The notes beneath the pieces were generated by a model that saw only the letters and a list, made by a program, of their open reading frames with translations, had not been told where the DNA came from and ran no database searches. The position numbers and the translations under genes are program-made. Below, one piece after another: positions 1 to 8,378 of a stretch of DNA of 57,940 nucleotides. The stretch covers positions 1 to 57,940 of the IMG/VR virus record IMGVR_UViG_3300031951_000177. One strand, 5' to 3'. This DNA is from a virus (lineage: Duplodnaviria; Caudoviricetes). The stretch's first letter is position 1, and each line of letters starts with the position of its first letter.

Positions 1-244
1 GCAGCTCCTGGATCAGGTCGTGCGGGTTGCCCTGCACGTCGGTGTAGTTGAGCTGCTGAGGCAGCCACATGCGGCCACCCTCGAACCACGGGATGAGCCT
101 GCGGATGCGGGCGTTCTTCTCCACCGCGCCAGCCACCTCGGTGATCTTGAAACGGTACTGCCGGCGCTCCATCTCCGCCTGGATGTGCGGGATGTCCGCC
201 TGCATGCCGTAGCGCTCGTAGCGCGTCTGCATTGGCTTGTGCTT
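1..244. repeat. Terminal direct repeat, left copy (circular overlap)
   Basis: 1-244 matches 57697-57940 except at 128 (G vs A at 57824) and 233 (T vs C at 57929). Confidence 0.97.
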
Positions 245-1321
245 CTTGTGCAGGGCGAACAGCGCATCGGCGCGCTGCGTCAGCGTCATCCGGTCGATCA
301 CGCCGTCCACGAGGAAAGCATTGCCGTCGTGCGCCAGGCCCACGACCCACATCACGGTGCGGTCGCTGCGCTTGCGCTTGGTGCCTTCCTTGGCCGTCTG
401 CGGGTCACCCGCGGGGTCGACCAGGATGACCTTGTTCATCTTCTTGGGCGCGTTGTTGTAGCGCACGATCCACGAGCGCTTGAACTCCGCACCCTCGGCC
501 GGGCGAGGCTCCTGCTGGTACAACGAGATCCACGAGCGAGGATCCGACTGCGCCTGGCGCACCATCTCGTCGGTGAACCACTCCTTCCACAGGCGGTCAC
601 CTGGCTTGCGTCCCAGCGGGTCGTGGTCGCCAGCGATCATCGGGAGCTTGATGACCGTCCAGCGCTGAGGCTCGCGCTCGAGCAACCGGCCGGCCAGGTC
701 ATCCTCGTGCCAGCGGGTCATGATGACCACGATGCGGCCGTGCGGCTTCAGGCGGGTCAGCAGGTCGTTAGTCCACCAGTCCCAGGTCTTCTCGCGCACG
801 CGCTCGGAGTCCGCGTCCTCGCGGCTGCGCACCGGGTCGTCGACCACGATCAGGTCGCCGCGTCGGCCGGTGATGGATCCGCCCACACCCACCGCGGTGT
901 ACTCGCCGCCGTGGTTCGTGCCCCAGCGGCCAGCGGCCGTGCTGTCGGCGGCCAGCGCCACCTGCGGGAACAGAGCGCGGAACTGCTCGTCGTCCACGCC
1001 GTTGCGCACCCGGCGGCCGAATCGCTCGGCCAGCTCTGCAGTGTGCGAGGCGCCGATCAGGCTGAGCTGCGGGTTGCGGCCCACAAAGTACTCGGGGAAG
1101 TAGACCGATCCGTAGGTGGACTTGGCCGAGCCTGGCGGCATCATCACGAGCAGCCGGTCGATCTCGCCCTTCTCCACCTTGTCCAGGGCTTCGGTCAACA
1201 GGACGTGGTGCTGGGCCAGGCGCATGTCGTCTGGCAGGCGGTAGGCGCAGTAGTGCGAGAACGACTCACGCGCCTTCTTGCGCGCCAGCAGCTCAGCCGC
1301 AGCCTGCGATGGATCAAGCAC
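1..1321 (-). CDS. terL: Terminase large subunit, 5' part (continues across the junction to 57521; about 498 aa in total)
   Basis: Manual translation from GTG 1321: MLDPSQAAAELLARKKARESF..., Walker A MPPGSAKST, GGSITGRRGDLIVVDDP, IMTRWHEDDLAG, LYQQEP, nuclease ILVDPA. Absent from the ORF track because it runs off the window end. Confidence 0.95.
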   Translation of the reverse strand, partial: MLDPSQAAAELLARKKARESFSHYCAYRLPDDMRLAQHHVLLTEALDKVEKGEIDRLLVMMPPGSAKSTYGSVYFPEYFVGRNPQLSLIGASHTAELAERFGRRVRNGVDDEQFRALFPQVALAADSTAAGRWGTNHGGEYTAVGVGGSITGRRGDLIVVDDPVRSREDADSERVREKTWDWWTNDLLTRLKPHGRIVVIMTRWHEDDLAGRLLEREPQRWTVIKLPMIAGDHDPLGRKPGDRLWKEWFTDEMVRQAQSDPRSWISLYQQEPRPAEGAEFKRSWIVRYNNAPKKMNKVILVDPAGDPQTAKEGTKRKRSDRTVMWVVGLAHDGNAFLVDGVIDRMTLTQRADALFALHKKHKPMQTRYERYGMQADIPHIQAEMERRQYRFKITEVAGAVEKNARIRRLIPWFEGGRMWLPQQLNYTDVQGNPHDLIQEL

Positions 1322-1790
1322 CTGCCGCCCCCTTCACCACGCCTCTGGAAGCGATCTCCATGAGCTGATCGTCGGTCAAGGCCACCATCTTGACGGGCCC
1401 GCCGTCCTTGCCGGTCAGCTCGACCTTGGACTTGTCGCCGTAGTCGCGGTGGTTGATCTTGGCCGCCACCTTCAGGTTGGCGTCGATCGCCACCCGCAGG
1501 CCGGCCGCATCGCCCAGCATTCCAGCCTCGCGGGCGTAGTCCACCGCCGCCTCGACTAGCGTGTGCGAGCGGTGGATGTGAATGTCGGCGTAGGCTTCCC
1601 GGGTGTCGGGGTTGTTCAGCAGGATGTCGCGCAGGCGGTTGCTGCTGATCTTGAACGGCATCGACTCGGCGATCAGGCGCATAGATTCACCCGCCATGTA
1701 GCGCTCGAAGATGTCGTCAGCCATGGCCAGCACCTGGCGCTTGACTTCTTCACGTTCCTCGGCGATTCGTGCGTATTCAGCTTTGTCCAC
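1314..1790 (-). CDS. terS: Terminase small subunit (start uncertain; GTG 1790 preferred)
   Basis: Directly upstream of and overlapping terL; HTH-like IFERYMAGESMRLIA; typical C-terminal YGDKSKVELTGKDGGPV. Confidence 0.85.
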   Translation of the reverse strand: MDKAEYARIAEEREEVKRQVLAMADDIFERYMAGESMRLIAESMPFKISSNRLRDILLNNPDTREAYADIHIHRSHTLVEAAVDYAREAGMLGDAAGLRVAIDANLKVAAKINHRDYGDKSKVELTGKDGGPVKMVALTDDQLMEIASRGVVKGAAGA

Positions 1791-1864
1791 GGCATTCAGG
1801 TTGAACCCGGGCAAGCATCCAGCAGTGGGAGACGAGGTCACTGCGATCAGCCCGCCCGGGCTCA

Positions 1865-1893
1865 GAAAACAAAAAGCCGGCTCGAGGCCGGCT
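1865..1893 (-). terminator. Intrinsic terminator in the terS leader
   Basis: Minus strand AGCCGGC-CTCGA-GCCGGCT followed by TTTTGTTTT. Confidence 0.7.
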
Positions 1894-1901
1894 GGATTTG
1901 G

Positions 1902-1950
1902 AGACACTTACCCGGGGCGGAATATACATCGACCCCTACATCAAGGTCAA
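1902..1950 (-). promoter_or_regulatory. Late promoter 1 (upstream of terS)
   Basis: TTGACC(1950-1945)-18 nt-TATATT(1926-1921)-6 nt-CGGGTAAGTGTCT; same layout at 51.0 kb. Confidence 0.7.
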
Positions 1951-2384
1951 TCGGTCGTCAAGTCAATGCGCTCCAGGCCATTCCTCGTGGCGTTGGCCAG
2001 GTACTTCAGCGCCACGATCATGGTGCGCCTGCGGCTGGGAAAGCCCCAGATCTTCATCAGGTAGACCAGGTCGGCGTAGCCGTCGTTGCTCACGTCCAGC
2101 GTGAAGATGCGCTCGCTGTTGGCAGTGCGATGCTTGAGCTGGCGATCGCGGTTGGTCAGCGGCAGCTTGGCCTTCTCGAGCGGGTCGGCGAACTCCACCG
2201 CCAGCGCACGGGCGATGAGGTGCGGGCTCTTGATCAGCCCGCGAGTAACGGCACGCGGGATACGCAGGGGCTCTCCAGCTCCCAGCGTCCGATCCAGACC
2301 TGGCGCGTCGTGCTTGGGTGCATTGGGCTGTTGTCGATGTTTCGCTTGCATGTTTCGCACTCCTTGCGGCCCGAGCCTGCGCAT
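1947..2384 (-). CDS. Hypothetical protein (true start probably downstream of 2384)
   Basis: C-terminal half is protein-like (IFTLDVSNDGYADLVYLMKIWGFPSRRRTMIVALKYLA), possibly a small DNA-binding fold; 5' part overlaps the neighbouring gene. Confidence 0.5.
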   Translation of the reverse strand: MRRLGPQGVRNMQAKHRQQPNAPKHDAPGLDRTLGAGEPLRIPRAVTRGLIKSPHLIARALAVEFADPLEKAKLPLTNRDRQLKHRTANSERIFTLDVSNDGYADLVYLMKIWGFPSRRRTMIVALKYLANATRNGLERIDLTTD

Positions 2385-2434
2385 CGTGCGAAGTCGGGCG
2401 GTGAGAACTTGTAGAGGTTGCTGGCCGTGATCAT
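2234..2434 (-). CDS. Small Cys-rich hypothetical protein
   Basis: MITASNLYKFSPPDFARCAGSGRKECETCKR; ATGA coupling to the upstream gene. Confidence 0.65.
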   Translation of the reverse strand: MITASNLYKFSPPDFARCAGSGRKECETCKRNIDNSPMHPSTTRQVWIGRWELESPCVSRVPLLAG

Positions 2435-2619
2435 GCCTGGCCTTTCAGCCAGCGCTCGATCGCCCTGGCGAAGTGGTGATGAAAGCCGCCGTTCTGGTGC
2501 CACAGATTGGCGATGACCTCGTCGGTCAGCGTGCGCTCGGGCTTGGGCGGTGCTGGCTCGCACTCGCACTTGCCCTCGATGTACGGGCTCCAGCAGGTGC
2601 CGCAGACGGTTCTGCTCAT
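2431..2619 (-). CDS. Small hypothetical protein (CxxC)
   Basis: MSRTVCGTCWSPYIEGKCEC...LTDEVI; ATGA overlaps on both sides. Confidence 0.7.
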   Translation of the reverse strand: MSRTVCGTCWSPYIEGKCECEPAPPKPERTLTDEVIANLWHQNGGFHHHFARAIERWLKGQA

Positions 2620-2801
2620 GCTGCTGCCCTCGCCTTCTCGGTGCAGCTCGCGCAGCGCCACAACTTCAGCCGGCTGTACACCGACCCGCCCTTGATCTCC
2701 CGCGGCTGATCGCAGGTCGCGCACTTCTTGCGGAATGCCATGCCAGGGCCAGAGCCCTTCTGGTTCATCGTCGTGTCTTTGACGTTGCTGTAGATCGTCA
2801 C
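2616..2801 (-). CDS. Small Zn-ribbon protein
   Basis: CATC...CASC; 4-nt overlaps with neighbours. Confidence 0.7.
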   Translation of the reverse strand: MTIYSNVKDTTMNQKGSGPGMAFRKKCATCDQPREIKGGSVYSRLKLWRCASCTEKARAAA

Positions 2802-3097
2802 GTTGCAGTTTCCTTGCTTCTGTCCTTGATCTGTTGCACTCGCTGCCGCGTGACGCCCACAACGGCTGCGATGTACTCAGGCTTGTCACCAGCGGCCAGC
2901 ATGTCCTTGATCACTGCGATGCGGTCGCGTGCGGCCTCGGTGCGCTCGTAGCCTGGCAGCCCTCTCATCACGTTCGATCGAGCGCGCAGCCACAGTGTCC
3001 AGGGAATCTCCATGGTCTTGATGCGGCGGCCGTTGTCCTTCTGGTAGCGGCGCATCCGCAGGCAGCCGTGCTGGCACCTGGTCTCGAGGCACTTCAT
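2798..3097 (-). CDS. HTH DNA-binding protein
   Basis: MKCLETR...; C-terminal PEYIAAVVGVTRQRVQQIK HTH. Confidence 0.7.
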   Translation of the reverse strand: MKCLETRCQHGCLRMRRYQKDNGRRIKTMEIPWTLWLRARSNVMRGLPGYERTEAARDRIAVIKDMLAAGDKPEYIAAVVGVTRQRVQQIKDRSKETAT

Positions 3098-3432
3098 GCT
3101 GGCCTCCAGGTGAACACGCTGTTGGGCAGCGCTGGCGGCTTGAGCCTGGCGCGTGCACGGCGCTGGCGCTCGGCGTTGTTCATCGGCTTGGGCTTGCGTG
3201 CGTCGGGCTTGTTGCCCAGCGCGTAGACCGGGCGCGGGTAGCGCCGGCCGATGCCATCCATTGTCCAGCTCTGGATGTAGACCTGCTTGTGCACGACGGT
3301 CAGGCGCATGGCGGTGAGGAAGCAGGAGATTCGGCGGTAGTCGACGTCGGGGAAGAAGCTGGCCGCCTCGCGCATGGTTAGCGGCCCGCAGCATTCCAGC
3401 ACGCCGCGGATGTTGGCGAAGCTGGGCTTCAT
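3094..3432 (-). CDS. Hypothetical protein (winged-helix-like)
   Basis: 112-aa ORF in the ATGA-coupled chain. Confidence 0.7.
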   Translation of the reverse strand: MKPSFANIRGVLECCGPLTMREAASFFPDVDYRRISCFLTAMRLTVVHKQVYIQSWTMDGIGRRYPRPVYALGNKPDARKPKPMNNAERQRRARARLKPPALPNSVFTWRPA

Positions 3433-3965
3433 GCGTTGCGCTCCTTCAGCTTATCTTCAAGCCATAACACAAGCCCTTCAACGCCGACATGCCGACAGAC
3501 GTGTCTGGCTTTCTCATGCTCCTTCTCCGTCAGCCCTCGCCACTCGCGGCGGGGTGGGTGGGTGAAGAGAGGCCTCCATTCGTACGGGATGTGGTCGCAG
3601 GCTTCCGCTTTGGCTTCATCAATGGTGCGGTAACGGCATGGATACCAACCGCCCCATTCAGTGACCACCCCGTCCTTCATGCGCTTCGCTTGCCGCTCTT
3701 GCCACGCCACCGGCTCCTGCTCCGGCTGGTCCGTCGGCGTACCGATGCTGACATCTCCATTCACCGGATTGATCCACATCCGCCCATGCGTTTCTTGCTC
3801 GACGCGGCGGGCTTGCTCTGCGTAAGGCTGCTCCGGCTGCTCCAGCGCGGCGCGGAGGGCGGTGATGGTTTTCTCGTCGCCTGTAGTCCACCAGGATGGA
3901 GCATCATCCTTCCACCCTTCCAACGCCTTCAACGCCTTCTCGGCTGCGCTTCGCAGGTCACTCAT
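3429..3965 (-). CDS. Mosaic phage hypothetical protein
   Basis: MSDLRSAAEKALKAL...EQEPVAW...PLFTHPPRREWRGLT, a common phage accessory pattern. Confidence 0.75.
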   Translation of the reverse strand: MSDLRSAAEKALKALEGWKDDAPSWWTTGDEKTITALRAALEQPEQPYAEQARRVEQETHGRMWINPVNGDVSIGTPTDQPEQEPVAWQERQAKRMKDGVVTEWGGWYPCRYRTIDEAKAEACDHIPYEWRPLFTHPPRREWRGLTEKEHEKARHVCRHVGVEGLVLWLEDKLKERNA

Positions 3966-4162
3966 CGCATCCACTCCGGCTTCTTGGGCAGCGGTGCCCA
4001 GCCGATGTAGCCTGGCTTGCCGGGCGAGTACTGGCCGTACACCGCAACGCCCCCCTCGGTCAGGAGCTGGACTTTGGCCGACAGCGGGCACGTCTCGAGC
4101 GGCCGCCAGTAGTAGGTCTGGTCCACGGCGGCCGCTTTGTCGCTGGTGATCTTGACGGTCAT
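3962..4162 (-). CDS. Small hypothetical protein (DUF551-like)
   Basis: WRPLETCP...KVQLL...GWAPLP. Confidence 0.7.
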   Translation of the reverse strand: MTVKITSDKAAAVDQTYYWRPLETCPLSAKVQLLTEGGVAVYGQYSPGKPGYIGWAPLPKKPEWMR

Positions 4163-4326
4163 GCGATCAGCAGCCCCACGATCACCAGCACCACGATGGC
4201 CGAGACGGCCAGCGCAAAGAGGCCCAAGGCCTCGAGCTGCTGGTCGTCGCCATCGCGCAGCTCGCACGCCTCAGGCGTAGGGCATGCCTCGCGTCCCTGG
4301 TTGCAGGGGCCATGGCAGTGCTTCAT
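4159..4326 (-). CDS. Small Cys-rich membrane protein
   Basis: Manual translation MKHCHGPCNQGREACPTPEAC...LGLFALAVSAIVVLVIVGLLIA; ATGA overlaps. Confidence 0.7.
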   Translation of the reverse strand: MKHCHGPCNQGREACPTPEACELRDGDDQQLEALGLFALAVSAIVVLVIVGLLIA

Positions 4327-4523
4327 TGCTCAGCTCCCGTCTGAGCCTCGAGCTCGAGCTGCGAGCGCAGGCGGTCAATGCGGGTCTCGTGGTACAGCAC
4401 CATCGCGTTGGCGTAGTCGCGTGCGTCCTGCGCCTCGATCAGGGATCGGCGTGCGTTGTCGAGATCGGTGGCCATGATGGTGGCGGGCGCAGGCTTGCGC
4501 AGCAGGTTGATGAAGGCCTTCAC
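4323..4523 (-). CDS. Small coiled-coil hypothetical protein
   Basis: 66-aa ORF coupled to both neighbours. Confidence 0.7.
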   Translation of the reverse strand: MKAFINLLRKPAPATIMATDLDNARRSLIEAQDARDYANAMVLYHETRIDRLRSQLELEAQTGAEQ

Positions 4524-4663
4524 AGCAGCGCCTCCCCGAAGTTGTCGATCATCTCGGCAACAGCCTGGGCGGGCGTGGGTTTCTTGAACCAGTCGGCCGG
4601 CAGAAGCTGACGGCCATCCTCGTCAAATTGCGGGAATGGCCAATGAGGGTTGAACTCTTTCAT
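4520..4663 (-). CDS. Small hypothetical protein (47 aa)
   Basis: Manual translation MKEFNPHWPFPQFDEDGRQLLPADWFKKP; GGAG RBS upstream. Confidence 0.65.
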   Translation of the reverse strand: MKEFNPHWPFPQFDEDGRQLLPADWFKKPTPAQAVAEMIDNFGEALL

Positions 4664-4698
4664 CGTCGTCTCCGATGCGTGCAACAGCGCACAGTCCG

Positions 4699-4728
4699 AG
4701 TATAAGCAATGTGATGTTTCAACCGCAA
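4699..4728 (-). promoter_or_regulatory. Promoter with operator-like site for the leftward small-gene cluster
   Basis: TTGCGG-18 nt-TATACT with ATCACATTGC in the spacer. Confidence 0.55.
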
Positions 4729-5075
4729 GCCCTGTCGACGTAGTCGGCTAACAGCATGCCGGCGCGCTGCAGCAGCTCGTCGTGGTTCTCGGCGCGCTCG
4801 AGGTGCTTGCGCTTCCACTCCCAGAACTGCCAGCACAGGGCGCTGAACTCTGCCGGGTGCTTGGCCGACAGCCACTCAAGCCCGGCGCGGCAGGCGCGCA
4901 CCTCGAGGCTGCTGTAGCCGTCGGCGTCCTCGGACTGCGCCAGCTCCGGCAGCAGGCGGCGGAACATTGGGCTGACCTCGCCCCAGGTGAGCTCGGTCTG
5001 AGCTCCGCGCCAGTCGTCGCTGACGCAGATGCTCACGAGCTCGCCGATCCAGTCGGGCTGAAGTCTCATCGGCAT
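4719..5075 (-). CDS. Hypothetical protein (position typical of a late-gene regulator)
   Basis: 118-aa helical ORF coupled downstream of rusA. Confidence 0.7.
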   Translation of the reverse strand: MPMRLQPDWIGELVSICVSDDWRGAQTELTWGEVSPMFRRLLPELAQSEDADGYSSLEVRACRAGLEWLSAKHPAEFSALCWQFWEWKRKHLERAENHDELLQRAGMLLADYVDRACG

Positions 5076-5440
5076 GTCATCCGCACGAGAACCTGGCCGC
5101 CCTTGACCGGCTCGCCAACCTCGAACGACAGCCGCCAGTGGCGGTCGTCGACCCCGGTGGCGTCGGCCAGGCCGTCCAGGCCTGCCTTCATGCTGGCCAG
5201 CATGTTGTCCCAGTCCCGGCCGCGGCGATCGGGCGGGAAGAAGGTCAGATCGACCGCCAAGCTCGTTTTGCCGGCCAGGACAGCCCGTACCCCTGCCGCG
5301 GTCGCGATCGCCCGGCAGCGGGTCCTGTAGGCCTTCTTGGCCTTGGCTGCGGTAGCCCAGTGCTGGCGAGCGTTGGGGGAAAGTTTGGGTGAAGGCCAGG
5401 GCAGATCGACTGTCAAAGTTAGTGACTGCTCACCAGGCAT
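5066..5440 (-). CDS. rusA: RusA-like Holliday junction resolvase
   Basis: LPWPSPKLSPNAR...FFPPDRRGRDWDNMLASMKAGLDGLADATGVDD; start uncertain. Confidence 0.85.
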   Translation of the reverse strand: MPGEQSLTLTVDLPWPSPKLSPNARQHWATAAKAKKAYRTRCRAIATAAGVRAVLAGKTSLAVDLTFFPPDRRGRDWDNMLASMKAGLDGLADATGVDDRHWRLSFEVGEPVKGGQVLVRMTCR

Positions 5441-5459
5441 TTCGGTCATCGGCAACCCC

Positions 5460-5800
5460 GATCCGCTCAGCATCCGCAACCTCTTAGAGGGTTGCGGATG
5501 AGCGGATGAAGCCGGCCCGCTTTTCTTCCGCATCTCATCCGCACGGATGAGAACCCGCGTATTTGCTTGCTTTCCAGCGAAGTGCCCACTAACTTAGACG
5601 CTTGACTTGCGGATGAGATGCGGATGAGAACCCCGTGCGGATGACCCCAAAAAACGGTTCTCATCCGCAAGCTAGAATTTTGTTGAGCATTCGCTCGTAA
5701 GTCTATGTCAGCACTCATCTTTTACCTCCAACTACTTCACAACTGTAAATGTCATCCGCAAGGCCCCGTGCGGATGAGAATTGTCGTCCGCGTCAACCTT
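5460..5800. repeat. Iterated TGCGGATGAG(AA) repeats; putative replication origin
   Basis: About 12 copies in both orientations in a non-coding, AT-enriched gap just downstream of the primase-helicase. Confidence 0.75.
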
Positions 5801-5823
5801 AGTTGACACTTTCCGTTTACACC

Positions 5824-7866
5824 TCAGTCAACCGATCTAGACGTTTCCTGCGCCTCGATCGCGAGCTCCGCGGTCATCGAAAGGTGGTCGATCGCCTGCT
5901 CTGTGAGCTCCCATCCGTTCTTGCGATTGGCCCCCTGGACGGCCATTCCGTTGTCCTTCATGGCCTTCATGATGTTGCTCAGCGCCCGTTCGGAGCAGCC
6001 CAGGCTGGCGGCCATTGCGGGTGCTCCTGGCCATCCCTGCTGCATCAGCTTGACCACGTCGATGGCATTGATGGGCTGCCCGTTGATGCGCGAGCCGACC
6101 TTGACCTCGAGCGGGTTGCCGTCGAACTGGATGTAGGCGCCGGTGATCTCGACGTCGCACGAGTCCACCACTCCGAGGCCGATCTGGGTGATCTTGAACC
6201 GCTTGGCCTCTGGCATCTCGGCGTCCTTCATCTTGGTCACCTTGAGCTCCAGGATGCCGCCTGAGCCCTTGACCTGGAACTCCTGGTCCATGGCCGCCTT
6301 GAACGCGCTGGAGCCTCTTGCGCGGTCCATCTCGTGGCCTGAGTGGTGGACGACGAGGTTGTGCGAGTGGAACTCGCGCCTGATTTCGTCCATCGCTTCG
6401 ATGAACCGGTTAGCGTCCTGCTGCTTGTTCTCGTCGCCGTCGCCGAAGTTGCGGGCCAGGGTGTCGATGATGATCAGCGCCGGGATCTGGCCGGTGTCGG
6501 CGATCATGCGTCTGATCTCGGCCATGAGCTTTGCTGGCGCGTCGGGGTCCAGCATCTGCACGGCGTGGTTGGACTTGAAGAGGGGCGTGTCCTTGCCGAT
6601 CTTGATGCCGGTGGCCTTGGACCATGCTGCGAAGCGCCTGGCCAGGCCCTGGTGGCCCTCGCCTGCGATGTAGAACACGGCTCCCTGCTTGACTGGGCAG
6701 CCGAACCATGGCGTGCCTGTGGCCACGCTGCAGGCCATGGACACGGCCACAAAGCTCTTACCGCCGCCTGACGGGCCGTAGAGCATGCCCAGCGCGTCTG
6801 ACTCGACGTAGCCCTCGATGATCCAGTCGATGGGCTTGATGGTGTCCAGCAGCTCGTGCACCGGCGTGAAGAGAGGCTTGTCGGGCAGGATCTCGCCCGT
6901 CTCCTGGTCGATCGCCTGCTGGATCTGCGTCGGCCGAAACTTCTCCTGCGCCGTGCTGACCGACCGCGGGATGTCGTTGTAGCGTGCGAGCCAGCGGTCG
7001 TCCTTTGGTGCCAGGCTGGCGTCCATGAGGCCACGCAGCAGGTTGACGATCGAGCCGCCCTTGGCGCCTGAGGCCACCATCGATGCGGCCACCATGTTCA
7101 GGCTGTCGTGCAGGTTCTCGCCGCGGATGATGTTGGTCGTCAGGATGCGCAGGCGTTCATCCTGCTCGCCCATGTGCATCGACGGTGCAGGTGCCTCATG
7201 CGCATGCTCTGTGCGCAGGGTCTCGAGGTCGATGCCGAAGATGGCAGCGGCGTCTTCGAGCGTGTAGCGTGCCTTGGGGTTCCAGTACTCCACGAAGTGG
7301 TTGAACGGTCCCGAGTCGCGAGGCTTCTGGTTCTGGCCGACTGGCAGGCGGACGTAACGCACTGCGTTGTTGCCCGACTTGTCGGCCTTGATGTAGCCCC
7401 TGTCGGCCATCGCGGTGACGAGCCGGGTGACGAGCTCGAGGTTCGCGCAGTCGGGGTCCTTGGTGTCGAGCAGGATGCCGATCTGTCGCTTGCCTGGGCT
7501 GGTCTCGATGCCCCACGACGGCGTGCCCTGCAGGTTCTCTGGGTCGACGTCGTCGGCCACCAGCGCCAGAAGGCGCGCGAAGTGGCTCTTGCGCCGGTGC
7601 ATGACGCCCTCGATGGGCCTGACTGCGCCTACGCTGAAGTAGGTGTTCTGCCTGCCCCATCCGTCAACGTCGGCCGCATGCAGGGCTGGGTTGTAGGCCT
7701 TGCCTGACCAGTTGGCCTGGTCCGAGTTGGGGTTGCCGATGAACCCGCACACCCATGTAGTCGACCCTCGAGGGGCGCCAGCCAGGACATGCTGCAGGAA
7801 CTCGGAGTTGGTGACGCTCAATCGAGCACCGTCACCATTGTGATTTTCAGAGTTGGACATGACCAC
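5824..7866 (-). CDS. Primase-helicase (RepB-type primase domain + AAA_25/RepA-type helicase + C-terminal HTH)
   Basis: LVADDV, IETSPGKRQ, RYVRLPVGQNQK; Walker A GPSGGGKS, YIAGEG, IIIDTLAR, VVHHSG, RGSSAF. Confidence 0.9.
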   Translation of the reverse strand: MVMSNSENHNGDGARLSVTNSEFLQHVLAGAPRGSTTWVCGFIGNPNSDQANWSGKAYNPALHAADVDGWGRQNTYFSVGAVRPIEGVMHRRKSHFARLLALVADDVDPENLQGTPSWGIETSPGKRQIGILLDTKDPDCANLELVTRLVTAMADRGYIKADKSGNNAVRYVRLPVGQNQKPRDSGPFNHFVEYWNPKARYTLEDAAAIFGIDLETLRTEHAHEAPAPSMHMGEQDERLRILTTNIIRGENLHDSLNMVAASMVASGAKGGSIVNLLRGLMDASLAPKDDRWLARYNDIPRSVSTAQEKFRPTQIQQAIDQETGEILPDKPLFTPVHELLDTIKPIDWIIEGYVESDALGMLYGPSGGGKSFVAVSMACSVATGTPWFGCPVKQGAVFYIAGEGHQGLARRFAAWSKATGIKIGKDTPLFKSNHAVQMLDPDAPAKLMAEIRRMIADTGQIPALIIIDTLARNFGDGDENKQQDANRFIEAMDEIRREFHSHNLVVHHSGHEMDRARGSSAFKAAMDQEFQVKGSGGILELKVTKMKDAEMPEAKRFKITQIGLGVVDSCDVEITGAYIQFDGNPLEVKVGSRINGQPINAIDVVKLMQQGWPGAPAMAASLGCSERALSNIMKAMKDNGMAVQGANRKNGWELTEQAIDHLSMTAELAIEAQETSRSVD

Positions 7867-7921
7867 CTGGGGCCTCCCTGTAGGGGGAAGTGTGCCCGGC
7901 GGCCGAGTAGGGTGCTGCCAT
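7847..7921 (-). CDS. Putative 24-aa leader peptide overlapping the primase start
   Basis: MAAPYSAAGHTSPYREAPGGHVQL*; purine-rich upstream sequence. Confidence 0.3.
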   Translation of the reverse strand: MAAPYSAAGHTSPYREAPGGHVQL

Positions 7922-8012
7922 CTTGTTCTTCCACTGAGAACGCCACACTGTGAAACCTTCGGCAGGCGGGTGTGGGAACCGCTTTTCGGGAGCTACCCTA
8001 GCCGAGGCCCAA
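7895..8012 (-). ncRNA. Putative structured cis-regulatory RNA upstream of the primase
   Basis: CGGC.AGG...CCTGCCG closing stem with two inner hairpins; TAGGGTAGCT can alternatively pair with downstream AGCACCCTA. Confidence 0.45.
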
Positions 8013-8073
8013 TCTTGTCAGATCACCATTGTGATAGCCGCTTGGAAACGATAAGCGGCGCTTGCGCCCGACT

Positions 8074-8274
8074 TCACGCTCGTGATACCTTTTTACCCAG
8101 GATTTCAGGGGAGGCGCGTAGCTTACCCCGAGTGATGTGCTCGATCCTGAGCTGCTGCAAGTGAGGGATGCGGCCGCGCGCTTTCCAGTTGGACAGCGTG
8201 GGCTGGGTCACGCCCAGCTTGGTGGCTGCTGCCACCTGCGTGCCGAAGTGCGCGATGAGGGTGTCGAAGTCCAT
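8074..8274 (-). CDS. cro: Cro-like repressor
   Basis: LIAHFGTQVAAATKLGVTQPTLSNWKARGRIP...IEHITRGKLRA; divergent from the CI-like gene. Confidence 0.88.
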   Translation of the reverse strand: MDFDTLIAHFGTQVAAATKLGVTQPTLSNWKARGRIPHLQQLRIEHITRGKLRASPEILGKKVSRA

Positions 8275-8305
8275 TTCCAGTGGGTTGGTAGTTGCGGATC
8301 GGCAG

Positions 8306-8334
8306 AGTATAGGGCCTGTGATGTTCACAAACAA
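8306..8334 (-). promoter_or_regulatory. cro promoter
   Basis: TTGTTT-17 nt-TATACT with an ATCACA half-site in the spacer. Confidence 0.6.
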
Positions 8335-8378
8335 CAACAGCCGTTGATGATCAACAGGACACCGTCCGTCTTTTGTCT

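Noticed and set aside
20-1363. 447-aa plus-strand ORF
   Set aside because: Antisense shadow of terL; no RBS or motifs, while the minus frame has all terminase motifs
1791-1907. N-terminal extension of terS in the ORF track
   Set aside because: It overlaps the leader terminator and is not protein-like
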